32,000 nucleotides of DNA. Origin: Okeania sp. Lineage in GTDB: Bacteria; Cyanobacteriota; Cyanobacteriia; Cyanobacteriales; Microcoleaceae. The DNA is taken from NCBI RefSeq assembly GCF_035285525.1, contig NZ_JAYKGW010000070.1, forward strand, positions 1 through 32,000, in the 5' to 3' direction. The notes under the pieces were generated by a model. It was not told the origin of the DNA, made no database searches, and worked only from the letters and a program-made list of their open reading frames with translations. Positions 8,889 through 17,395 of the stretch are shown here, one piece after another (the first letter of the stretch is position 1; every line of letters starts with the position of its first letter). Made by a program: the position numbers and the translations under genes.

Positions 8889-10100
8889 TTAAAAATCAAC
8901 AACTTGACTCAGTAAAAAATCTGGGGATATTAGCCTTTCATCCAACTTTTTTTCTGCTGGTAAATATATAGCTACAGTAATATCCATAGAAGTTAAATAT
9001 TTACACATTAGAGGTCCGACATCTTCCCAATCTAAACCTCCTAAACCACGTCCAAGTGCAGGCATAGCTAAAGATTTTATGCCTTGTTTTTGATAATTAT
9101 TGGCAAGCCATTCTAAACCATTTTTTATATCTTCAATTTCCGAAGCATTTCGCCAATGTTTTTTGGTGGGAAAGAGCAAAAACCATTTTTGTTCATTATT
9201 CAAAAAATCTTGAGGGAGAAAAAATTTACTATCTCCTAATTGTTCTTTTACGGATGATTCTCTTTTATATAAATATGGCTTTCCTATTTGCAAATATTTG
9301 CTTTTACAAACTTCTTGGTATCTAACATAAACATCTGGAAATCTATATTTTGCTGTTGATGCTAATCCTTTTCCCATCACACCAACACAATTAACACTTA
9401 CAGTCAAAGTTTGCATATTAGAAAAGAACATATCCCCGCGAATCAGAGAAATATTTTCTGTTAACTTTCGACTCCATTCTGGTTGGAAAAACTTTGTTGG
9501 TTCAACTACAATAGAAATATTTTTACCATAATTATTTCGGGCAAAAGTGTCTCTTAAAGATTGATTGGCTTTTTCACAAGCCACATAAATAGTTTGAATA
9601 TTAGTAGCAGGAACTACATCAGGAACTAAACATTCAGCCATAATTTTTCTTTTAGAACCATCCTCATTACTCCACCATTCTTTATCGGTTTCTTTTTTAA
9701 TTTGTTTCAGAATATTTAATTCTTCTGCTTCCTGAATAGAAATAATTTCCGAATCGTTATGAGCAGCATTCCCTGTAGTAATCCAAATATCTCTTCTAGT
9801 TAAAATATCTCGTTTCACTGAAATAATAACAATTTCTTCAATAGCATATTTATGAATAATTGAGTAAAGCATTGCATTTATAGGTTGAAAGTAAAGATTC
9901 GCAAAGCTCCACAATGATTTATTATTAAAAACTATTTTTTGATAACGATTATCGACTATTTGTGAGTTGTAAATTGTTGTAGGTTTTAGTTGATTATATT
10001 CTATTAATTGGTGAGATAGAATGCCTTTCTCTAAAATAGAGATGATATTTTCGATATGAGTAATATAGAATAAATTTTGAATACTTGTTTTGTGTACCAT
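8889..10100 (-). CDS. DarT-like (DUF4433) ADP-ribosyltransferase fused to a DarG-type macrodomain
   Basis: Residues 1-205 carry DarT hallmarks: LFYITHIENIISIL..G.LS, DNR, ANLYFQPINAMLYSI, ITTGNAA, KIMAECLVPD...IQTIYV, and an end ISIVVEPTKFF like the DarT C-terminus. Residues about 215-385 carry DarG-type macro motifs: GDMF, VNCVGVMGKGLA, FPTKKHWR, AMPALGRGLGGLDWEDV. It is an intact 403-aa ORF. Confidence 0.85.
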   Translation of the reverse strand: MVHKTSIQNLFYITHIENIISILEKGILSHQLIEYNQLKPTTIYNSQIVDNRYQKIVFNNKSLWSFANLYFQPINAMLYSIIHKYAIEEIVIISVKRDILTRRDIWITTGNAAHNDSEIISIQEAEELNILKQIKKETDKEWWSNEDGSKRKIMAECLVPDVVPATNIQTIYVACEKANQSLRDTFARNNYGKNISIVVEPTKFFQPEWSRKLTENISLIRGDMFFSNMQTLTVSVNCVGVMGKGLASTAKYRFPDVYVRYQEVCKSKYLQIGKPYLYKRESSVKEQLGDSKFFLPQDFLNNEQKWFLLFPTKKHWRNASEIEDIKNGLEWLANNYQKQGIKSLAMPALGRGLGGLDWEDVGPLMCKYLTSMDITVAIYLPAEKKLDERLISPDFLLSQVVDF

Positions 10101-10229
10101 CTGTTTTTAATGTTTGTAGTTCCGCTGTCACGTTTCTTTGCCTGACTGAAAGGCAGAGCCTAGCGGCAGCTATATCGCTCAGGTTCAGAAAAAAATTATA
10201 TGGTTATTTACTTATATTTAATAGTTAAA

Positions 10230-10640
10230 TTAACTATTCCAGAAATTATCATAAATAGATTTAATAGCCTTTTCTAAAGGTGGTAGATAATTTTCTACCA
10301 CATCCCAAACTACTTCAATATCAATCCCTAAATATTCATGGGCTAATCTATTTCTAAATCATGCTATTTTTTCCCACAAAATGTTTGGTTCTGAATCTTT
10401 CCATTCTGTCGGTAACTTTTTAATAGACTCACACATAACCTCTAGATTTTTCAAGACAGCATCTTGGATAATAGGTAAACATTCAGTCGTCAGCTATCAG
10501 CTATCATAAGACTGATTTTAATCTTTGATAAAAGCTTTATTAATTAAGCAAAAAAAATCTTCTTTCCCTTCTTTATTATCAACCTTTATCCTGGTTAAAC
10601 AGTCTCTAATGTGAATTAAATAAACTCTCTTTTATTTCAT
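10230..10640 (-). pseudogene. hepT: HepT (DUF86/HEPN) toxin gene remnant with five in-frame stops
   Basis: A single 137-codon frame reads MK*KRVYLIHIRDCLTRIKVDNKEGKEDFF..FIKD*NQSYDS**LTTECLPIIQDAVLKNLEVMCESIKKL...WEKIA*FRNRLAHEYLGIDIEVVWDVV... The HEPN RNRLAHEY (Rx4H) motif is present. A TGA at 10359-10361 sits just before it, and a small GATAGCT-repeat insertion carries three stops. Confidence 0.75.
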
Positions 10641-10657
10641 AAATTAATCGCCTACTT

Positions 10658-10930
10658 TCAGACATTTTCCTTAATAAAATAATGTAAAGATTTAGTAGAA
10701 ACTACATCGACTTTTCTATTTAAAAGCTGTTCTAAATCTTCTATTAAACCAACAGGAAACCAAGGAGAAATCTTAGACAAATCATAATCAATCAAAAAAT
10801 CTATGTCACTATTTTCTGCCTCTTCTCCCCTAGCTACCGAGCCAAACACCCTGACATTAAATGACCCATGTTTAGCAGCTAAAGCTAATATTTCCTCTCG
10901 TTTTTATTGTAAGTATTTCTTAAGTTTCAT
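10658..10930 (-). pseudogene. mntA: MntA-type nucleotidyltransferase antitoxin gene with a premature stop at codon 9
   Basis: ATG at 10930 gives MKLKKYLQ*(TAA 10904-10906)KREEILALAAKHGSFNVRVFGSVARGEEAENSDIDFLIDYD..., with the minimal nucleotidyltransferase motif GSxxRGx(n)SDxDxL. The track ORF 10658..10849 is only the part after an internal GTG. Confidence 0.75.
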
Positions 10931-11265
10931 TTTTCTATGTTAACATTTTATTGGTAATTTTTTGCCACAATTTTAGTTTCCCATAATTTTAGTCTTTTTT
11001 GAGTATTAAGTATTAATAGTTAAAAATATTTGTACCCACATTCGGCACTTAAATTTATAATCTTAAAAGAACCGGTAAGTTGGCTAGATAAAAATATAAT
11101 TTACTGATATAATGGATAATAGTTTGGTCAGAAAAAGCTTCTTTCCTTTCTTTTTTGGAAAGGAGCGATAATGCTCCGCATCGCTGACGCGATCGCCTCT
11201 TGGTAACAACTATCCTGAATAAAATATTTTATAATTAAGTAAGCTCTTAACTTTCAAAAGTTTCT

Positions 11266-11940
11266 ATGTCTCAAAGCACTTTAATATCAACAAAAATTCC
11301 ACCCCTGGAAAACGGCGATAAACTTAATTGTATTCAATTTGAAAGGCGTTATGAACAAATGCCTCATATCAAAAAAGCTGAACTAATTGCAGGAATTGTT
11401 TATATAGCATCACCTTTAAGGATTAATGAACATGGAGAACCTCATGCTTCAATTATAACATGGCTTGGTTTCTATAAAGCTTTTACTCCTAATCTGCAAA
11501 TAGGAGATAATTGTACAGTACGTCTTGATGCAGAAAATCAACCTCAACCTGATGTTTTACTCAGAATTAATGTTGATGGTCAATCGACAATTAGTAAAGA
11601 TGGCTATGTAGAAGGTGCGCCAGAATTAATTATAGAAATTGCAGCTAGCAGTGCATCTATTGATTTACATCAAAAATTAAAAACTTATCAAAATAATCAA
11701 GTACAAGAATATTTAGTTTGGCGGATTTATGACAGAGAAATTGATTGGTTTAGGTTAAAAAACAGAAAATATATTAAACTTAAATCCAATGAAAAAGGGA
11801 TTATTTGTAGTGAATATTTCCCTGGTTTATGGTTAGACAAAGAAGCTTTAATTTCAGGAAATTTAGCCAAAGTATTAGCAATTTTACAACAGGGATTAAA
11901 TTCTCCAGAATATCAAAAATTTGTCAAAAATTATGATTAA
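11266..11940 (+). CDS. Uma2 family (DUF820) putative endonuclease, intact
   Basis: 224-aa ORF with the usual Uma2 layout (...AELIAGIVYIASP...PDVLL...APELIIEIAASSASIDL..K...Y....V.EYLVW...). Confidence 0.85.
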   Translation: MSQSTLISTKIPPLENGDKLNCIQFERRYEQMPHIKKAELIAGIVYIASPLRINEHGEPHASIITWLGFYKAFTPNLQIGDNCTVRLDAENQPQPDVLLRINVDGQSTISKDGYVEGAPELIIEIAASSASIDLHQKLKTYQNNQVQEYLVWRIYDREIDWFRLKNRKYIKLKSNEKGIICSEYFPGLWLDKEALISGNLAKVLAILQQGLNSPEYQKFVKNYD

Positions 11941-11995
11941 GTCTTAAGCATTGAACTAAAATAGTGAGGATTTAATCATAAACGCTATTAGTAGT

Positions 11996-12098
11996 GGACT
12001 GTTTCATCTTAAATGGTGCAATAGCAAATTGGTCTGAGATTGCTTCACTATCGTTCGCAATGACAAATAATCATGCACTATTTTAGGTGAAACAGTCC
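11996..12098. mobile_element. MITE-like element with 25-nt terminal inverted repeats
   Basis: GGACTGTTTCATCTTAAATGGTGCA (11996-) versus TGCACTATTTTAGGTGAAACAGTCC (-12098). Confidence 0.6.
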
Positions 12099-12100
12099 AG

Positions 12101-12397
12101 TAGGGTATGTTACGAAGTGCGCTAACGCACCAAGGCACTATATCTATGTAGCTCCTTTGCGTAAGTTCTGATAGTAAAAAAAATCAGTATCTTGTAGAGA
12201 AAAATATCATTTCCTGATATAATATTTAGTTCATTAGTAGGACTTACGCAAAGGTACTATATATATAGATATATAGTCAAAAAACTATTGCGTATGGGGT
12301 TACACTATATCTATGGTCGCTGCGTAAGTCTTGAAAAGTACTATGTATGGCGTATTGGTGCGTTACGAAGTGCGCTAACACACCCTACCACTGAAAA
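12101..12397. repeat. composite repeat bounded by inverted GTAGGGT.TGTTA..GCGC..ACGCACCAA ends, containing ACTTACGCAAAGGTACTATATA / GCGTAAGTC modules
   Basis: The ends are at 12101-12134 and 12364-12397. The internal module at 12241-12334 recurs downstream of the helicase at 17680-17769. Confidence 0.6.
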
Positions 12398-12398
12398 A

Positions 12399-12425
12399 GC
12401 TGATAACTGATAACTGATAACTGAA
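12399..12425 (+). repeat. STRR-like heptamer array (CTGATAA)x3 abutting the helicase start codon
   Basis: GCTGATAACTGATAACTGATAACTGAA followed directly by ATG at 12426. Confidence 0.9.
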
Positions 12426-15400
12426 ATGGCAATATACCAAACCGAACCATCTAAATTTTCCCAATTACTCAAAAAAGTAAAAAATGGAGACGAACTCAAC
12501 CTCCAACCAGGAGATTACAAAGCTCCTTTTACCATTGATAAATCAATTACTATTCGTGGTAGCGGCACCGATACCGTAATTTTTGCTGCCACCGAAACTC
12601 CTCTCACCATAACAGTTCCCGAAGTACGATTGGAAAATCTCACAGTGGAGCGTACAGTTGGTGGCGAACAAGGGGAAGTTGCTATATTTGCCGAACCTAA
12701 TACTAAACCCATTTTGAGTCAAGTCAAATTAAATGGGGTTGCGGAAAATGTGGAATGGGAGGGAGCAAGTTGGGATATTCCCACGATGCTCGATTTTGGG
12801 GAAGTAGAAATTAACCGACAAGTGGAACGAGGATGGGAGTTACAACTGGGTGCGGTTTGTCAGGTTTTGTGTAATCTAAATTGGTTGCAGGTGCGCTCCA
12901 GTTATCTTTCACCGGGACGACAAAATTTGGATTTGGTGTTGAATACTGCTGATGTTCCTACTGGTACAAATTTATCTGGTTTAATTTCTCTGTTTTCAGA
13001 AGGTGGGAGACGAGAGTTGGAGGTTGCTGCTAAGGTTATTTCCTCAGCTCCGGCAACTCCAGTGGTGGCAGTGGAAACACAAGATTTATCTGCTAAAGTT
13101 TTGACTTCTCAAGATTGGGGTTATCGGTTTATCGGTAGTGCGGTGGATAGGTTGGTTCGGACTCAGTTGGGTGAAAGTGCCATGAAGAAATATCCAGAAT
13201 TTTCGGATCGTCGCGCGAAAGCAGAATTATTGATGTCTGAGATATTGGATGAAGATTCTCATTTATATTATGTGCGTCGTCAAGCACCGGGAAAGGAAGA
13301 GGGGGAGGAAGTTTGGGAACTGACAATGGCTACGGATAGGGAGGATGAATGGGAAAAAACGTTGAAACTTAGGGGAGCAGTTAATATTGATGGAGACAGG
13401 GTTTTCAAAATATTATCGGTGCAGTTTATTTCTCATAAAGCAGAAGCAGATGAGTTTAGTGTTGCTTTGCAAATCCGTTTATTGCCACAACATCAGTTCC
13501 GACGAAAGATACCATTGGGAGCGGTGCGCTCTATCCAAAAAATGCCTTTTTTTGGCGATCGCTTACTAACGGAGGATCAACTTCCTATTTGGACGACTTT
13601 TGTGAAAATGGAGCAGCGTCTCGCAGAAAAACGTCAATTTTGTTTACCTTATTCTAGTCACAACTACGGTAGTGCTAAGAAAAGGATTACTTTTGAAATT
13701 GATATTCGGGCGGCAACTATTGATGGAACGCCAGAAACTTCTCTGGAAGATATGGAGTTACGGCGACGACTTTTTGAGGCAAAAAATCAAAATATTCAAC
13801 TTTTTTCCAGTTCTCCAGCAGGTAGGGATGGTAGAGATGGGGAAAAGTTGGGAGCGATCGCTTCTATTGATTGGGAGAAGAGTCAAGTACGGATCGCGTT
13901 GGATAGTGAGATTGTGGAAAGTATTGTTCGTGGGAGTTATCGTATACCGTCTACAGGATTTTTATTTTTTGTGGATTCTGGAGATATTGCTCAGGTGCAA
14001 CGGAAACGAAGAGCGTTGGAAGATTTACAAAATGGTCGTTGTCAGAATCCATATTTGGGGGAATTTTTCTTTGATGCTACTTGTGCGCGAGTTCCAAAAA
14101 AGCGAGTGGAACTGCAACCCCAGAATTTATTGTTACCTGCTGCGAATGCTCATCAACTTGCTGCTGTGGAAAAGGTTTTGGCAGCAAAAGATTTGGCTTT
14201 GATTCAGGGTCCTCCTGGTACTGGGAAAACTACTGTGATTGCGGAAATTTGTTATCAAGTTGCGTTACGGGGAGGGCGGACTTTGATTGCGTCTCAGGCA
14301 AATTTGGCGGTTGATAATGCTTTGAGCAGGTTGGTTCATAATCCGGTGATTCGTGCTGTACGCAAGGGAAAAGCTGAGAAGGTGCAAGTGGAAGGGGAGC
14401 CATTTTTGGAGGAACGGGTGATTGATACTTGGTTAAAAAATACTGCTAATGATTGTGAAAAAGATTTGGGGGAGCGACTGCAACGGGTGGAAGTTTTACG
14501 GAATTTATTGATAGAGTCTGAGAGATTTAATGGTTATTTCGAGTTGGAGAAAAAATGGGTAAATGAACAGAAGGAGTTGAGCGATCGCCAAATTATTTTG
14601 GAGGCAAGTCGGATAGCATTGGAGGCTGAATTTTTGCAGTTGGAAACTGATAGGAAGGAGTTAGATTTTTTGGTATTGGGATTAGATAATTTGTTAAATT
14701 CTGCACCGAATATTAATTGGGAAAATGAGGAAGTTAGAATTTTTTTAGCTCGTTTACAACCTTATGCTCAGGAGGAAAGTTCGGTTAAAGATTTAATAGA
14801 GAATGTGGGTTTAGGTCGGAATCTTGCTAAAGATATTGGTTGGGAAATTCCGCAATTAGGAGCTTTTGGTTTAGCAGTTTGGTTACAGGAAAATTTAGTT
14901 GTTTTATTGCCAGAATTTCAGAGTGGTTTAGCTGTGGCAAAAAAAGCTGTTTTGGCAATGTCGGAAACTGAGAAATTATTACAGATTTATCAACAGGTTC
15001 ATGGTAATTTTGAGCGGTTGAAAAAAGATATTCAGCAAGGAGAGATAATTTCAGAAAGTTTAGGAGAAAAGCGTCAAGAATTAGAAAGGGAAAAAAGTCA
15101 GATAGATTTAGTTGTTGGAGAAGTAGGTGTCTGGATAAAAAAAATTGGTAAAGAACGGATATTTGAGGAATTGAAAAAATGTTGGGAAACTGGTGAAAGT
15201 TTTCAATTAGATTCAATTGGATTACCAGAAAGTTTAATGAAAGTTGCTAGTAGAGAAAAATTACAACTTTTGCCAAATTATGCTCAACGGATTAATCATT
15301 TGCCAGATTGGGAAAGATTGGAAAAAGCATTAAATGCCGAGTCAAGTCGTGGCTTTAAAAATATCCAAGGAAAAGAATATCGTTTTGATGAATTTTTACA

Positions 15401-17387
15401 AATTACTCTGAGTCAAGCACCGATAGTTTTGTCAGAAAGAGATTATCAAAACTGGCAAGAGTTTGCTAAATCATTTATAAATTATCCCCAACTTGGTCAA
15501 CAAGAACGACAAAGTTTAGTGAGAAAAATTCAACAATTTTTCCATAAAAATAAACAGAAATATAGTTTAGTTTGGCAACCAGAGAATATAACAAAAACTT
15601 TCACAGAAGTGATAGATAAAATTTTCAATAAAATTCTCCATAATTCTCGTGAATTTTTACTTCCTGCTAAACAAGAAAATCTCAAACAAATCCTGAAAAA
15701 TGAGAAACTATCAGAGGAAAATATACAATTATTGGCAAACCAGAGACAAAGACTAGAAATAGTCGATAAAAAAGGAAAAGATTCTCGACAAAAACTGGAA
15801 GAAAAATATCAAGAGCTTGTGGCAATTTTAAAAGAAATAGATTCTCAAACAGGAGTTAATCCAGAAATTAGCGATTTAGTCAAACAATATCTTGAATGGC
15901 AACCATTGCAGATATTAAACGATAAATCAAATTTTGCCGAAAAAGTAAATTATTGGGAAAATAGTTTAAATCAACTTAAAAAAATATCTCCTCAACTACA
16001 ACCTTTTACCGTTCTGAAAGAAATCAAAAATATTCTCCAAGAAAGACTAAACACCATCCAAGAAAAAGCCGATAAATTGCCGGAAAAAATCGAATCTTGC
16101 CAAACAAAAATTAATCAAATTAAAACGGAATTAGAACAAACATTACCAACCAACTTAATTCAAGAAAGAAACTGGTGGAAATTAGCATGGTCAAAAATTC
16201 CAGAAAATCTCAAACCCGCCGTTGAGGAAACAGAATTATTTGCCATCGAACTATTACATAAAATTAAACTGCAACAGAAAAATTGGCAACAAGAATTAGA
16301 AACAGAAGAAACCCTCCTAAATCAACACCAAAAATTTATTCAAGACTGGATAAAAAAACTCAAACAACCTTCAGAAAAAGATAGTAACGAGCTGAGAAAA
16401 ATTTACCTTGATAATGCCAACGTTATTGGTATTACCTGCGTCCAAGCTGCCAGTCGAAACTTTGCCGAAGAATTTAATAGTTTCGACGTCGTAATAATAG
16501 ATGAAGTTAGTAAATGTACTCCTCCAGAAATATTAATTCCGGCATTAAAAGGCAAAAAATTAGTATTAGTAGGAGACCATCGTCAATTACCACCAATGCT
16601 TAACGATAATACCATTGAAGAAATTGCTGAAGAGATGAAAATTTCCAAAGAAGAATTAGACTTTTTAGAAGAATCACTCTTTAAAACTCACTTCGAGACA
16701 GCCAAAGAAGAAATCAAACAAATGTTAACTATTCAATATAGAATGCACCCCAATATTATGGGAGCAATTAATCAATTTTATCAACATCGTTTAGAATGCG
16801 GTCTTATCAGACCAGACAAAAAACGTTCCCATAATTTAGAAGGTAAAATTATTCAAGAAAATCAACATCTTATCTGGGTAAAAATGCCACAGTCAGAAAA
16901 CTTTATGGAACAAAAAGAAGGAACATCACCTTTTAACAAAAAAGAAGTTGATGCCATTGAAAAAATATGTGGAGAAATGGAGAAATCTTGGTCTGTGAAA
17001 GTTGCTGAGGGTTTGCCAAGAAAAGAATTAGGAATTATTACATTTTATAATGCTCAGTTGCGATTAATAGAGTCGAGAATTAATCCTGAAAATTTTCCAT
17101 CCTTACATATTAGAACTGGAACAGTTGATAGATTTCAAGGAATGGAAAGACAGGTAATTATTGTTAGTATGGTCAGAAATAATGACTTAGGAAAAGTAGG
17201 ATTTGCCAAGAAACCAGAACGGGTAAATGTTGCTTTTTCTCGCGCTCAAGAATTGTTAATTATTGTGGGATGTCATAAATTATTTACACAACATTATGGA
17301 ACTGTAGGAAATATGTATTCAGAAGTTTCTGATGTGGTGCGCAGTCAAGGGGGATTGATAGAAATTTCAGATATTTTAATGACCTAA
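12426..17387 (+). CDS. 1653-aa Upf1/DNA2-like superfamily-1 helicase with a coiled-coil insertion of about 700 aa in the ATPase core and an unassigned N-terminal region
   Basis: One long ORF. Walker A GPPGTGKTT is at 14208-14234 (res 595-603), then motif Ia LIASQANLAVDNAL. Motif II VIIDEVSK comes only at 16491-16514 (res 1356-1363). It is followed by VLVGDHRQLPP, TIQYRMHP, GTVDRFQGMERQVIIVSMVRNN and RVNVAFSRAQELLIIVG. The stretch at residues about 640-1330 is K/E/Q/L-rich. The N-terminus starts with a beta-helix-like GDELNLQPGDY..PFTIDKSITIRGSG motif. Confidence 0.9.
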   Translation: MAIYQTEPSKFSQLLKKVKNGDELNLQPGDYKAPFTIDKSITIRGSGTDTVIFAATETPLTITVPEVRLENLTVERTVGGEQGEVAIFAEPNTKPILSQVKLNGVAENVEWEGASWDIPTMLDFGEVEINRQVERGWELQLGAVCQVLCNLNWLQVRSSYLSPGRQNLDLVLNTADVPTGTNLSGLISLFSEGGRRELEVAAKVISSAPATPVVAVETQDLSAKVLTSQDWGYRFIGSAVDRLVRTQLGESAMKKYPEFSDRRAKAELLMSEILDEDSHLYYVRRQAPGKEEGEEVWELTMATDREDEWEKTLKLRGAVNIDGDRVFKILSVQFISHKAEADEFSVALQIRLLPQHQFRRKIPLGAVRSIQKMPFFGDRLLTEDQLPIWTTFVKMEQRLAEKRQFCLPYSSHNYGSAKKRITFEIDIRAATIDGTPETSLEDMELRRRLFEAKNQNIQLFSSSPAGRDGRDGEKLGAIASIDWEKSQVRIALDSEIVESIVRGSYRIPSTGFLFFVDSGDIAQVQRKRRALEDLQNGRCQNPYLGEFFFDATCARVPKKRVELQPQNLLLPAANAHQLAAVEKVLAAKDLALIQGPPGTGKTTVIAEICYQVALRGGRTLIASQANLAVDNALSRLVHNPVIRAVRKGKAEKVQVEGEPFLEERVIDTWLKNTANDCEKDLGERLQRVEVLRNLLIESERFNGYFELEKKWVNEQKELSDRQIILEASRIALEAEFLQLETDRKELDFLVLGLDNLLNSAPNINWENEEVRIFLARLQPYAQEESSVKDLIENVGLGRNLAKDIGWEIPQLGAFGLAVWLQENLVVLLPEFQSGLAVAKKAVLAMSETEKLLQIYQQVHGNFERLKKDIQQGEIISESLGEKRQELEREKSQIDLVVGEVGVWIKKIGKERIFEELKKCWETGESFQLDSIGLPESLMKVASREKLQLLPNYAQRINHLPDWERLEKALNAESSRGFKNIQGKEYRFDEFLQITLSQAPIVLSERDYQNWQEFAKSFINYPQLGQQERQSLVRKIQQFFHKNKQKYSLVWQPENITKTFTEVIDKIFNKILHNSREFLLPAKQENLKQILKNEKLSEENIQLLANQRQRLEIVDKKGKDSRQKLEEKYQELVAILKEIDSQTGVNPEISDLVKQYLEWQPLQILNDKSNFAEKVNYWENSLNQLKKISPQLQPFTVLKEIKNILQERLNTIQEKADKLPEKIESCQTKINQIKTELEQTLPTNLIQERNWWKLAWSKIPENLKPAVEETELFAIELLHKIKLQQKNWQQELETEETLLNQHQKFIQDWIKKLKQPSEKDSNELRKIYLDNANVIGITCVQAASRNFAEEFNSFDVVIIDEVSKCTPPEILIPALKGKKLVLVGDHRQLPPMLNDNTIEEIAEEMKISKEELDFLEESLFKTHFETAKEEIKQMLTIQYRMHPNIMGAINQFYQHRLECGLIRPDKKRSHNLEGKIIQENQHLIWVKMPQSENFMEQKEGTSPFNKKEVDAIEKICGEMEKSWSVKVAEGLPRKELGIITFYNAQLRLIESRINPENFPSLHIRTGTVDRFQGMERQVIIVSMVRNNDLGKVGFAKKPERVNVAFSRAQELLIIVGCHKLFTQHYGTVGNMYSEVSDVVRSQGGLIEISDILMT

Positions 17388-17395
17388 TTTGAGTA

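Noticed and set aside
8714-8902. 62-aa ORF on the minus strand between tnpB and the DarT-macro gene, considered as a small antitoxin-like partner
   Set aside because: It is composed of the tnpB 3' remnant and the GGGAACA-type heptamer repeat (..IGNREQGTGNRYGEN..), so it is a repeat-derived artefact.
13672-14314. Alternative-frame ORFs inside the helicase gene (13672..14202, 14081..14314, 13387..13569 and the antisense ORFs 12515..12712, 13129..13326, 14827..15216)
   Set aside because: They overlap a strongly supported 1653-aa frame. Their composition is low-complexity or odd (W/C/L-rich) with no motifs, so they are most likely by-products of the main frame's composition.
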